DNA from: a virus
Taxonomy: Duplodnaviria; Caudoviricetes
Reading direction: 5' to 3' (one strand)
Length of the DNA stretch: 53,556 nt
IMG/VR virus record: IMGVR_UViG_3300004184_000007
Span: 1 to 53,556 of that record
This document shows positions 24,331 to 33,652 of this stretch, in pieces; position 1 is the first letter of the stretch, and each line of letters starts with the position of its first letter. The notes under the pieces were generated by a model, which searched no databases, was not told the DNA's origin, and was given only the letters and a program-made list of their open reading frames with translations. A program made the position numbers and the translations under genes.

Positions 24331-25801
24331 CCAGGTCCGCGCGAAGGTCATCAGCTCCGAGGCCCTCGCCGACCCCGTCGTCTTCGCCGAGCAGGTGTTC
24401 GGCCTCAGGGTCTGGAAGCGCCAGCGCGAGGTGCTCCACGCCGCGCGCGACCACGAGCGGGTCTCGGTCCGCTCGGGCCACAAGGTCTCCAAGTCCACCA
24501 GCGCGGCCGTCATCGGCTGGTGGTACACGGCCGACCCGGTCGCCCGCCCCGCGGCGCGCGCGATCGTCACGGCGCCGACGGGGCGCCAGGTCGCCGAGAT
24601 CATCTGGCGCGAGGTCGTCGCGCTCCACGCCCGGGCCACGCGCCGCGGCTACCGCCTCCCGAAGCCCGGCAAGCGCCCAGGCACCGGCGTCCGCTGGGGC
24701 GACGGCCGGGAGTTCATCGGCTTCACGATCGACAACAGCCAGCCCGAAGCGATCGCGGGCTTCAGCGGCCCGTTCCAGAAGTTCATCATCGACGAGGCGA
24801 GCGGCGTCGAGCGCCCGGTCTTCGAGGCCCTGGACGGCAACGCCGCCGCCGGCGCGACCTTCTTCCTCATCTCCAACCCGACGCAGACCTCGGGCGCCTT
24901 CTACGACTCCCACCAGCCCGGGAGCGATTACCACCCGCTGCACATCGACAGCCGCGAGTCGCCCAACATCACGGGCGAGGCGGTGATCCCGGGCCTCGCG
25001 ACCCAGGGGTGGGTCGACAAGATGATCACGAAGTACGGCGCCGACAGCCTCTTTGTGTCGGTACGCGTGCGCGGGGAGTTCCCGACCTCGGGCGACGACG
25101 AGATCTTCGGCGGCGAGCTCGTGCGCGCCGCGATGGCCTTCACGGCCGAGGCGGACGGCCCCCTGGTCGCAGGCCTCGACGTCGCGGCCTTCGGCGGTGA
25201 CTCCAGCCGTCTCGCACCGGGCCGCGGCCGCCGCGGACTCCCGCTCGTGGTCATCGAGTCTGGGGACTCGCCCGCAGTCGCCGGGCGCACCTTGCGGGCG
25301 CTGCGGGCGCTGCGCACCGAAGAGGAGCGCTGCCGCGGCCTGGTGCCGGTGGTGAACATCGACGCGAACGGCGTCGGCTTCGGCGTGTGGTCGCTGCTCG
25401 CGGGCGAGGGCTTCACCTGGGACGACGAGGCCTTCGAGCCCACCGCCGAGTGCAAGGCCGTCGCGGTCAACACCGGCGAGGCGGCGGACGACCCCGAGAG
25501 CTACGCGAACCTCCGCGCCGAGCTGCACTTCACTGCGAAGGAGCGCCTTCGGGATGGCGCCTCGCTGCCTGACGACGAGGACCTGAGCCAGGACCTGCGC
25601 GCCCCGCGCTACTCGCTCGATCGCTACAACCGAATCCTCGTCGAGCCGAAGCTGAAGATCCGCGCTCGGCTCGGACGATCGCCCGACGCGGGAGACGCGA
25701 CGCTGCTGCGCTTCTACGAGCCCGACGTGTCGACCCCGCGCCTCCCCGTCGCCCATGACGACGTGCTCGGCACCGAAGACTTCTCGCCCTTCGCGGGCTG
25801 A
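24260..25801 (+). CDS. terL: Terminase large subunit
   Basis: RSGHKVSKS Walker A-like, TAPT..Q, IIDEASG, ISNP, GLDVA..GGD, IDANGVG, GRSPDAGDA nuclease motifs. Confidence 0.92.
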   Translation: MLNLTSLINQKIKARLRARAEKRNQVRAKVISSEALADPVVFAEQVFGLRVWKRQREVLHAARDHERVSVRSGHKVSKSTSAAVIGWWYTADPVARPAARAIVTAPTGRQVAEIIWREVVALHARATRRGYRLPKPGKRPGTGVRWGDGREFIGFTIDNSQPEAIAGFSGPFQKFIIDEASGVERPVFEALDGNAAAGATFFLISNPTQTSGAFYDSHQPGSDYHPLHIDSRESPNITGEAVIPGLATQGWVDKMITKYGADSLFVSVRVRGEFPTSGDDEIFGGELVRAAMAFTAEADGPLVAGLDVAAFGGDSSRLAPGRGRRGLPLVVIESGDSPAVAGRTLRALRALRTEEERCRGLVPVVNIDANGVGFGVWSLLAGEGFTWDDEAFEPTAECKAVAVNTGEAADDPESYANLRAELHFTAKERLRDGASLPDDEDLSQDLRAPRYSLDRYNRILVEPKLKIRARLGRSPDAGDATLLRFYEPDVSTPRLPVAHDDVLGTEDFSPFAG

Positions 25802-25807
25802 TCCTCT

Positions 25808-27271
25808 ATGGCACCCACCCTCCTCACGCGCCTCACCGACGTCGCGGCCGGCTACCTCGAAGCCGCCGCCACCCGTCTGCGCTCGGCGCGTAGCGAGTCC
25901 CTCGCGATCCCCGGTCCCTGGACCGACCGCGAGTCGGACGTGCTGGGCGTGAACATCACGCCCGAGGCGCTGGGGCAGCTCCTGCGCCGTCGCAACGAGG
26001 GCCACCTCGAGGCCTGGGCCGACCTCGCCGACCACGCGCGCCGCACGCACCCGCACCTGCACACGCAGCTGCAGAACCGCGAGCTCAGCGTATCCGAGAC
26101 GGAGTTCGAGGTGGTGGCCCCCGAGGGCGGTCCCAAGGGTCGCACCGACCGCGCGATGGGGGCTTGCAAGGAGCTCTTCGCGGAGTGGGATGAGCGCGGC
26201 TGGTCGACCTGGTCCGCCGAGATGGTGGGCGCGAAGTACTACCCCGCGGGCCTGCAGGAGGTCTCCTGGGAGCGCTGGCAGGGCTGGGTCGCCCCGGTCG
26301 CGCTCACCCGCATCGCCGAGCGCCGCCTGTCCTACGCCTGCGACCGCTTCGACCCGGACCCCTGGGCGCTGCGGATCTGGGACGCGCAGGACTCCTCCAG
26401 CCCCTTCGGCGGGATGTACGGCGTGAAGGTTTCCGACCTGCACCCGGACAAGTTCCTCGTGCACGAGCCGCGCGTCGCAGGCGGTCACCGCGCGAGCGAG
26501 GGCCTCTTCGCGGTCTGCTGCTGGTACTGGCTCTTCGGCGTCTACTCCTGGAAGCACCTGATGGCGCTCCTGGAGACCTTCGGGCGGCCGCCGGTCATCG
26601 GCTACTTCAACGCGGGCGGCGCAGCGGCCGACGGCGCGGTGAAGAAGAGCAACGGCGACCGGAAGGCTACGGCCGACGACGTCGCCGCTGGAAAGCGCGC
26701 CATCGCTGCGATGAGCGGGTCGCTGCGCGCGATGCTCCCCGACACCGTCCGGTTGGAGGCGCTCAAGTTCGAGATGCCCGCCAACCCGGCGCAGATCCTC
26801 ACGTCGGACAAGGTCGACGCGTACCTCTCCAAGGCCATCAACGGCACCACCGGCGTGACGGACATCGTCGCCGGCGCGCGGGCCTCGCACGAAGTCGCCG
26901 CCCGCCAGGCCATGACGCCCTACCGCGCCGACTGCCGCGACGTGGGGCGCGCGGGCACCGAGCTCTTCCGCCGCTTCATCCGCGCCAACCCCGACTACTT
27001 CGGCGCCAACTGCCCGGTGCCGCGTCTGCGCGCTTCCCACGAGGAAGCGCTCGACCTGCAGGTGTTCACCGGCGCGATGAAGACCGCGCGAGACGCTGGC
27101 GCCCGCATCCCGGAGCGCTGGTTCAACGAACAGATCGGCGTCCCCGAGGCGGTGGAGGGCGAGCGCCTGCTCGGCGACCCGATCGCCAGCCAGCCCGCGC
27201 CGAAGCCCCTCGGCGTCGACCCGGCGAAGGCCGTCGACCCCAACGCCCTCCCACCGAAGAGCACTCCATGA
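25808..27271 (+). CDS. Portal protein (DUF935, Mu gp29-like)
   Basis: Follows terL; H....LQNR, LETFGRP.VIGY, SKAING, EQIGVPE motifs. Confidence 0.85.
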   Translation: MAPTLLTRLTDVAAGYLEAAATRLRSARSESLAIPGPWTDRESDVLGVNITPEALGQLLRRRNEGHLEAWADLADHARRTHPHLHTQLQNRELSVSETEFEVVAPEGGPKGRTDRAMGACKELFAEWDERGWSTWSAEMVGAKYYPAGLQEVSWERWQGWVAPVALTRIAERRLSYACDRFDPDPWALRIWDAQDSSSPFGGMYGVKVSDLHPDKFLVHEPRVAGGHRASEGLFAVCCWYWLFGVYSWKHLMALLETFGRPPVIGYFNAGGAAADGAVKKSNGDRKATADDVAAGKRAIAAMSGSLRAMLPDTVRLEALKFEMPANPAQILTSDKVDAYLSKAINGTTGVTDIVAGARASHEVAARQAMTPYRADCRDVGRAGTELFRRFIRANPDYFGANCPVPRLRASHEEALDLQVFTGAMKTARDAGARIPERWFNEQIGVPEAVEGERLLGDPIASQPAPKPLGVDPAKAVDPNALPPKSTP

Positions 27272-29001
27272 ACCTCCTCCCGCTCCTCGTCGAGCTCGCT
27301 GCCCGCCCCCAGGCCCAGAGCTACGGCCTCCCCGTCGAGCTCGCGGTGCCCCCCTCCGACGCGGCCGGTGGCCCCTGGTGCGTGCTCGCCTACGAGGTCG
27401 AGCTGAAGGGCTACCGGATGCGCGACGGCTCCCACGCGAAGGTTACCAGCGCCGACATCGACGCGATGGTGAAGAACTTCGCGTCCTACCCCAAGGTCCC
27501 ACTGGTCGTGGAGCACGCGGACACCCGCGGCGGCCCCGTGGAGTGGGCCGAGCCGCGCGGGTGGATCGTCGAGCTGCGCCGCGGGTCGATGACCCGCACC
27601 GTGGCGGGCCTCTCGAAGACCGTCGCGACGCTCGAAGGACGCCTGGACGTGAGCGACGAGGTGCGCCTCTCCATCGTCGGCGACGAGACCACGAGCGCGC
27701 CGCCCACCTGGCCCTTCTGCTCCGTCACCACCGCCGCCGGCGTCTCCGAGGAGACCGGCCTCGCGCTCGGCACGGTGCTGCACTCGGTCTCGCTGACCGC
27801 GCACCCGCGCCTCGCGGACCTGCCGCGCCTGGCGGCCTCGAAGGGCGCGGAGCTCGGCTACTGGTACGGCGACATCGAGAGCCGCGGCGACGTGCTCGCG
27901 ATGCTCCGCTGCGTGCTCGACCTGCCGGTGGTGAGCACCGAAGCCGACACCCTCGCCGCGCTCGACAAGCTGGAGACGCTCTCCGGTCAGACCGAGGAGG
28001 CGAGCGGCGTCGACACCGACGACCTCGTCGGCCAGATCCGCCGCGCCCTCGGCCTCGACGCGCTGAAGAGCGCCACCGAGGTGATCGCCACCGTCCGCAC
28101 CGCCCTCACGACCCTTCCCGGTGGCGCCTCCTACGCAGTCGGCGACCGCGTGCGCGTGAAGGGCACGCCCCACATGGCAGGCCAGTCCACCGGCACCGTC
28201 ACGCTCGTCGAGGGCACCGCCTACGGGATCGTGTTCGACGGGATGGAGTCGATGGGCACGCACCGCTGGTACGTCGCCTCCGAGCTCTCCCCGGCCCCCG
28301 CGCCCGACCCAGTGTCCATGTCCCGCGGCAGCGCCGCCCCCAACACGGAGAATCCCATGCTGAAGTTCCTGGAGCTGGCCGCGGAGATGAAGATCCCGGC
28401 CGCCAACGAAGACGCCGCGCAGGCCGCGATCGTCGCCCTCGCCCGCGACGGCGCCGCCGTCCGCGCCACCCTCTCGCTCGTCGCCGACGCGCCCCTCGCC
28501 GGGCGCCTGGCCGAGCTCGTCACCGCCAGCGCCGAGCTGCCGAAGGTGAAGACCGAGCTCGCGACCCTGCAGGCGGCCGAGAAGACCCGCAGCGAGGCCG
28601 AGGCCAAGGCCGCCGCCGAGCGCGCCGAGGCCGAGCTCTCGCGCCGCGTCGACGAGGTGTGCCTCGCCAAGGGCTGGGACAAGGACGACGTCGCCCCGGC
28701 GCTCCTCGCCCTGGGCCGCACCGACCACGCGCAGTTCGACGCGAAGTACCCCGCCGCGAGCGTGACCGAGCTCGCCCAGCGGTCGCAGGACGCGGCGCGC
28801 ACGACCACCATCGCGGCCTCCACCAAGACCAGCGAGACCCCGAAGACCCCCGGCGCGAAGGTCGAGCTCTCGCAGCAGATCAGCGACCTCCAGGGCGTCT
28901 ACGCCGAGGCTGGCTACGGCCTCTCGGTCGCCGAGGCGATCGACCACCTCCAGCGCGGCGAGACGGCCGACTCCGCGCGCGAGGCCCTGCAGCTCGCCTG
29001 A
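27268..29001 (+). CDS. Mu gpI-like prohead protease-scaffold with an inserted SH3-like domain
   Basis: MVKNF...LVVEHA...GWI...LHSVSLTAHP protease motifs; coiled-coil C-terminus. Confidence 0.8.
   Translation: MNLLPLLVELAARPQAQSYGLPVELAVPPSDAAGGPWCVLAYEVELKGYRMRDGSHAKVTSADIDAMVKNFASYPKVPLVVEHADTRGGPVEWAEPRGWIVELRRGSMTRTVAGLSKTVATLEGRLDVSDEVRLSIVGDETTSAPPTWPFCSVTTAAGVSEETGLALGTVLHSVSLTAHPRLADLPRLAASKGAELGYWYGDIESRGDVLAMLRCVLDLPVVSTEADTLAALDKLETLSGQTEEASGVDTDDLVGQIRRALGLDALKSATEVIATVRTALTTLPGGASYAVGDRVRVKGTPHMAGQSTGTVTLVEGTAYGIVFDGMESMGTHRWYVASELSPAPAPDPVSMSRGSAAPNTENPMLKFLELAAEMKIPAANEDAAQAAIVALARDGAAVRATLSLVADAPLAGRLAELVTASAELPKVKTELATLQAAEKTRSEAEAKAAAERAEAELSRRVDEVCLAKGWDKDDVAPALLALGRTDHAQFDAKYPAASVTELAQRSQDAARTTTIAASTKTSETPKTPGAKVELSQQISDLQGVYAEAGYGLSVAEAIDHLQRGETADSAREALQLA
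28357..29001 (+). CDS. Nested in-frame scaffold protein (Mu gpZ-like)
   Basis: In-frame ATG (MLKFLELAA) preceded by ACGGAGAATCCC SD. Confidence 0.55.
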   Translation: MLKFLELAAEMKIPAANEDAAQAAIVALARDGAAVRATLSLVADAPLAGRLAELVTASAELPKVKTELATLQAAEKTRSEAEAKAAAERAEAELSRRVDEVCLAKGWDKDDVAPALLALGRTDHAQFDAKYPAASVTELAQRSQDAARTTTIAASTKTSETPKTPGAKVELSQQISDLQGVYAEAGYGLSVAEAIDHLQRGETADSAREALQLA

Positions 29002-29043
29002 TCGGCGCGCCCTGTCCCTCCCCACCTTCACCGGAGAACGACC

Positions 29044-29487
29044 ATGATCGGACCCGTCCGCACCCCCGCCGCCGAGCGCATCAAGCCCGGCGTGAACCGC
29101 TCGGGCAGCACGCTGCCCACCAACAAGCTCGTCGGCTACGGCACGCCCGACGGCAACGAGCACGCGATCGACTCGCTGCACACCACGGGTGTCGGCAAGA
29201 TCGCGGGCGCCATCCAGCACAGCGTGGTCGACGACGACGCGATCGACGTCTTCACCGACGGCGACCTGGTGCTGGAGTCCGACGGCACCGGCACGATCGC
29301 CGTGGGCGATCAGCTCTACGCCGTCGCCGGGGCCTCGCTGGCCGCGGGCGGGCGCGTGAAGGCCATGCCGGGCTCCCCGACGCCCGGGACCAACTACGAG
29401 ATCGTCGGGCGCGCGCTCACCGCCGCGGCCGCGACCGCCGGCGCCCAGGTCGTCGTGCGCTGGGAGCGCTTCACCTACCAGGGCTGA
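29044..29487 (+). CDS. Capsid decoration / cement protein (DUF2190-like)
   Basis: Between scaffold and MCP; IAVGDQL...GRV...IVGRALTAA...QVVV pattern. Confidence 0.75.
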   Translation: MIGPVRTPAAERIKPGVNRSGSTLPTNKLVGYGTPDGNEHAIDSLHTTGVGKIAGAIQHSVVDDDAIDVFTDGDLVLESDGTGTIAVGDQLYAVAGASLAAGGRVKAMPGSPTPGTNYEIVGRALTAAAATAGAQVVVRWERFTYQG

Positions 29488-29528
29488 TCCCCTGACCACC
29501 CGCTGACCATCCACAGGAGATCAACTCA

Positions 29529-30653
29529 ATGCTCATCAAGGACACCGCCCAGCGTCGGCGCGTGAACGCCCCCAACACGTTCGGTATGAACCCCTTTGCC
29601 GCCGAGCGCCTCCAGTCGTTCGGGCAGGACCCTCGCGAGACCGCCGAGCGGATGCGCGCCATGGGCCGCACCGAGGGGCGTCGTCGACTGCCTCAGCAGA
29701 ATCCCAACCCGGTCGTGAGCGAGCTCTCGATCGACTACCGGGACGTCACCACGCGGGTGATCCTGCAGCAGGCCGCCCTCGGAGCCTACGAGGCCGAGTT
29801 CCTCGCCGAGGAGATCGCCCCCTCGGCCTTCGTCGACCAGATGAAGGGCACCGTCATCCTCGAGGACTCTACCGAGGAGCGCCGCGAGGTCGAGGACACC
29901 GCCTCGGCGCGCGGCAAGTCGGGCGAGGCCCCCTCGTCCGTGCTCACGGTCGACTACAGCTGCGTCGAGCGCGTGCTGGAGGACTACCAGTCCCGCTCGG
30001 ACGCCGAGAAGGCGCCGTCGCTGCTCTCGATCACCCGCCTCGTCGAGAAGCTCTCGCGCAAGGCCAAGCGGCAGCACGAGATCCGGGTGAAGAGCGCCGT
30101 CACGCTCGCCACCAACTACGCGTCGGCCAACCGCCGCGCCCTCACCGGCACCACCAACTGGAACGGCGGCGTCACGGCCGATCCCTTCGCCGACATGCAG
30201 TTCTGCCTCGGGGCGATGTACGCGCCCGCGACGCACGCGGTGATGAGCCTGGAGGCCTGGCAGGCCGCGCAGATCAACGACGACCTGCGCGCGGTGCTGG
30301 CGAGCCAGAGCACCAACGGCGGCGTCCTGCAGCCCCAGGACTTCGCGAACTACTGGGGCATCTCGAACGTCATCGTCGACGAGCAGCGCTACACGCCCAT
30401 CGGGACCAGCGCGCAGGCGCGCCTCTACCCCGCGGGCACCATCGCGCTCGCGCACGTCTCGCCCAACCCCGAGATGCGCACCTTCCTGCGCAACTTCATG
30501 CTCCGCGGCGGCGCCGCGGGCTTCACCACGCTCGCCTGGTTCGACGAGGGCCTGGGGCCCAAGGGCTCGGACCGCGCGAAGGTGTCCTACTCCAACAGCC
30601 TCTCCGTGGTGGACGCCACCTACGGGGCGATCATCACCGGGATGCGCTCGTGA
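29529..30653 (+). CDS. Major capsid protein
   Basis: Position, size, strong AGGAG SD; AEEIAP...HEIRV...W...ADP..D motifs of HK97-fold/gpE-like capsids. Confidence 0.85.
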   Translation: MLIKDTAQRRRVNAPNTFGMNPFAAERLQSFGQDPRETAERMRAMGRTEGRRRLPQQNPNPVVSELSIDYRDVTTRVILQQAALGAYEAEFLAEEIAPSAFVDQMKGTVILEDSTEERREVEDTASARGKSGEAPSSVLTVDYSCVERVLEDYQSRSDAEKAPSLLSITRLVEKLSRKAKRQHEIRVKSAVTLATNYASANRRALTGTTNWNGGVTADPFADMQFCLGAMYAPATHAVMSLEAWQAAQINDDLRAVLASQSTNGGVLQPQDFANYWGISNVIVDEQRYTPIGTSAQARLYPAGTIALAHVSPNPEMRTFLRNFMLRGGAAGFTTLAWFDEGLGPKGSDRAKVSYSNSLSVVDATYGAIITGMRS

Positions 30654-31138
30654 GCCGAGGCTCCCGCAACCATCTCGGGGCCGTGGCCGCGCTCGCCGTG
30701 ATGGCCACGGCCCCGCCCGTCGCGGCCGAGGCGGATGCGCCGCCCGGGCTGCCCCCGATCCCCGAGGGGCCGCCGGAGTCGATCCACGCCGAGGCGGTGT
30801 TCGTCGAGAGCGACGTCGTCGCCGAGAACCGGCAGCTCCGCGAGCGCCTGGAGTCCCAGCGCGTGTTCTTCGAGACGCGCCTGCAGGAGCAGGCGGAGAT
30901 CTTCGACGCGTCGTGGGCCGAGCGTGAGCGGGAGATCGCCACGCAGCTCCAGGCGCCCCCATTCGCCGAGGCGATGGCCTCGCTCGACCGCCCCCGCCGC
31001 GCCGTCTTCGACGCGAGCGTCCCGCTCACCGTCGCGGGCAAGCGCGTGACCTACGGCCCGGGTGACCCGGTGCCGCCCCACATCGACCCCGCGACGCTCC
31101 CCGTGGGCGCCGTCCGCTACCTGCCCGAGGAGGGCTGA
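30650..31138 (+). CDS. Hypothetical head-associated protein
   Basis: Coupled to the MCP stop; C-terminal GKRVTYGPGDPV (Mu gp35-like position). Confidence 0.55.
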   Translation: MSRGSRNHLGAVAALAVMATAPPVAAEADAPPGLPPIPEGPPESIHAEAVFVESDVVAENRQLRERLESQRVFFETRLQEQAEIFDASWAEREREIATQLQAPPFAEAMASLDRPRRAVFDASVPLTVAGKRVTYGPGDPVPPHIDPATLPVGAVRYLPEEG

Positions 31139-31141
31139 TCC

Positions 31142-32101
31142 ATGAGCAACTACCTGTACTGGCGGCTGCGCAAGCTCGTCGCCGCGGGCAAGGTCCTGAT
31201 CCGGGACGGCAACACCTTCCGCGGCATCCTCCCCGAGGACGTGGCGACCACGGTCGACGTCGACCCGGCCACCGACGGTGACCTCGACCTCGGGAGCGAC
31301 GCCTCCCACCGCTGGCGCACGCTGCGGCTCGCGACGTCGCTCATCCTGAGCGCGTCGGGCACCCTCGTCGCCGGGAGCAACACGCTCGTGGGCGCGGTCG
31401 CCAACAAGCTGAACGCCGCGCATCTCGCGATCGCGTCGCAGGTCATCGGCGACCTGCTCTACGCCGACAGCGCCACCACCTTCGCTCGCCGCGCCGCGGT
31501 CGCCCTCGGCCAGGTGCTCAAGAGCGGCGGCGTCGGCGCGGCTCCCACGTGGGGCGCCATCGGCGGCTCGACCGCGGCCACCGCGGCTGCGGCCTTCGGC
31601 GCCTTCGCGGCACCCGCGGCGGCGGGTGTGGACGTCCACGCGGCCATCGCCAGCGACAACGGCGCGCCGGTCACCACCGCGCTCACCAACCCGGCGATCC
31701 CCCGCACGGTGCAGGTCGTTTTCGCGGCCCTCTGGGACGGCGGGGACGTCACGGTGGTCGGCACCGATCAGTTCGACGCCGCGGTCACCGAGACCATCGC
31801 CGACGTGGCCGGGACCACGGTGCAGGGCGTCAAGGTCTTCAAGACCGTGACCTCGATCGCCACGCAGACCGTCGGCGCTGGCGGCGCCCTCACCGCCACG
31901 GTGCAGACCGGCGAGAAGCTCGGCCTCGCCGCGCTCCCCTCGGCCCCCGGCGCGCTCGCGACGGTGGACGGCACGAACACCACCGCGGCGCTCAACACCA
32001 CCTACGGGTCGGTGCTCTTCGGTAGCGCCCCCGACGGCATCAAGAACTTCGTGCTGGCCTACGCGAGCACGCACGTCCATTCGGGCACCGGCCTGACCTG
32101 A
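31142..32101 (+). CDS. Putative head/collar fibre structural protein
   Basis: Ala/Gly/Thr-rich; P.TDGDLDLGS...RWR and GDLLYA...GQVL...PTW fibre motifs. Confidence 0.6.
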   Translation: MSNYLYWRLRKLVAAGKVLIRDGNTFRGILPEDVATTVDVDPATDGDLDLGSDASHRWRTLRLATSLILSASGTLVAGSNTLVGAVANKLNAAHLAIASQVIGDLLYADSATTFARRAAVALGQVLKSGGVGAAPTWGAIGGSTAATAAAAFGAFAAPAAAGVDVHAAIASDNGAPVTTALTNPAIPRTVQVVFAALWDGGDVTVVGTDQFDAAVTETIADVAGTTVQGVKVFKTVTSIATQTVGAGGALTATVQTGEKLGLAALPSAPGALATVDGTNTTAALNTTYGSVLFGSAPDGIKNFVLAYASTHVHSGTGLT

Positions 32102-32110
32102 TCGGAACCG

Positions 32111-32608
32111 ATGGCCACCTCCCTGCGCTACCTGGGCACGACCACCGCCGAAGCCGTCACCTACGTCCGCGAGGCCGTGGGCGACGATGTGTTTCTGCGG
32201 GTGTTCGACCTGGATAGTGACGGGGCGGTGGCCACGGCCTCGGCCGACGAGAAGGCCTTCGTGCGCGCCGGGTGCGCCGCGGAGACCGAGATCGACGAGA
32301 TCCTGTCCGCGAGCCACGGCACGCCCTTCTCCGGGACGATCCCCGACAGCGTGCGAGAGATCGCGGCGCAGCGGATGTTCTGGTGCGAGGTGCGCCTCCG
32401 CTCGATGGCGGGCGACGTGCGCGCCCCCTACCGCGCCCTCTACGACGACACGACCGCGCGGCTGAAGCGTCTCGCGGCGGACAACCAGGCGCGCATCCCC
32501 ACCGTCGGCGCCCCGCAGCCCGTCGCAGGGCTCGCGGGCGACGACGACCCGCCCGCGACGCCCTGGTCGGACATGGCCAACGGCACGACGCTCGTGGGTT
32601 TCGGATGA
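32111..32608 (+). CDS. Head-tail adaptor (Mu gp36/DUF1320-like)
   Basis: A..EID..L...PF...P...YDD....LKRLA pattern. Confidence 0.7.
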   Translation: MATSLRYLGTTTAEAVTYVREAVGDDVFLRVFDLDSDGAVATASADEKAFVRAGCAAETEIDEILSASHGTPFSGTIPDSVREIAAQRMFWCEVRLRSMAGDVRAPYRALYDDTTARLKRLAADNQARIPTVGAPQPVAGLAGDDDPPATPWSDMANGTTLVGFG

Positions 32609-33000
32609 AGCTCTCGTTCGAGTTCGACGCGACCGCCCTCGCTCGCGGCCTCGAGCGTCTCCCAGGCGCCCTCGACACGGAACTCGAGCGCTGTCTCCGC
32701 AAGGCGGGTCGCCTCATCGCCGGAGAAGCCCGCCGCTCGCACGACTACACCGACCGCACCGGTCGGCTCACCCGGTCGATCCTCCCCGTGGCACCCACCG
32801 GCCGCTTCACCGAGGACACCCTCGAAGGCGGCGCCGGCGCGATCGCTCCGTACGCGGGCTACGTCGAGGAGGGCACCGAGCGCATGCACATCCACGGCGG
32901 GTACCGATTCCTTCGCCTCGCGGCCGCCACGAAGTATCGCGAGATCGAGGCGGTCTTCCACGACCACGTCGAGGCCGCCGTGCGGCGCGCGGGGTTCTGA
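32605..33000 (+). CDS. Neck protein (HK97 gp10 / Mu gpG-like)
   Basis: DRTGRLTRSI...YAGYVEEGT...RFL. Confidence 0.75.
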   Translation: MKLSFEFDATALARGLERLPGALDTELERCLRKAGRLIAGEARRSHDYTDRTGRLTRSILPVAPTGRFTEDTLEGGAGAIAPYAGYVEEGTERMHIHGGYRFLRLAAATKYREIEAVFHDHVEAAVRRAGF

Positions 33001-33626
33001 TGGCCGCAACCCTCGACGCCATCGAGAGCGCGTTCATGACGACGCTCCAGACCCTCTTGCGCTCGGCCACGCCTGCGGGCCCGTTCGTGATGGTCGACCG
33101 CTGGGCGGGCGAGGTGACCCAGCAGGAGGGCGTCGACGAGGCCACGCTCGGCAAGAGCCCGTCGGCCCTGCTCGCCTTCGAGAGCTCGACCGCCCTGGGC
33201 GAGGACGGCGCGTACGAAGAGACGCTCCTCCGCGACATCGAGGTGGTCGAACGCCACGTCTTCCGGGTCTACGTGACCGTGAAGGACGCACGCACCGTCA
33301 CTGCCGGCACGAAGGGCACCGTCGGCCAGCCTGGCGTGTTGCGCTGCGCGCGGCTCGTGAAGGAAGCCCTGGCGGGCCTGGAGATCGCGGGGCTGCACGC
33401 CGGTGACGTCGTGCGCTTGGTGGACCATCGACCGTGGTCCGTGCAGCGCGAGAGCCACTACACCCACCTCGTTCGATTCAGCGCACGCGCCGCGCTCCCT
33501 GCGACGACAGACGCCACCCCTGGCGAGCCGTTCGAGGGCATGAACACCACCCTCACCGACGCGCCCTCGAGCGAGGGCGGCACCCCCATGCCTCTCGCGG
33601 CCGTCCGTGCCGTTCCCGTTTCCTGA
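33000..33626 (+). CDS. Tail terminator (Mu gp37-like)
   Basis: Position before the sheath; V..WAGE...P..L pattern. Confidence 0.6.
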   Translation: MAATLDAIESAFMTTLQTLLRSATPAGPFVMVDRWAGEVTQQEGVDEATLGKSPSALLAFESSTALGEDGAYEETLLRDIEVVERHVFRVYVTVKDARTVTAGTKGTVGQPGVLRCARLVKEALAGLEIAGLHAGDVVRLVDHRPWSVQRESHYTHLVRFSARAALPATTDATPGEPFEGMNTTLTDAPSSEGGTPMPLAAVRAVPVS

Positions 33627-33652
33627 CCCCTCCACCCTTCCGAGGTCCACCG

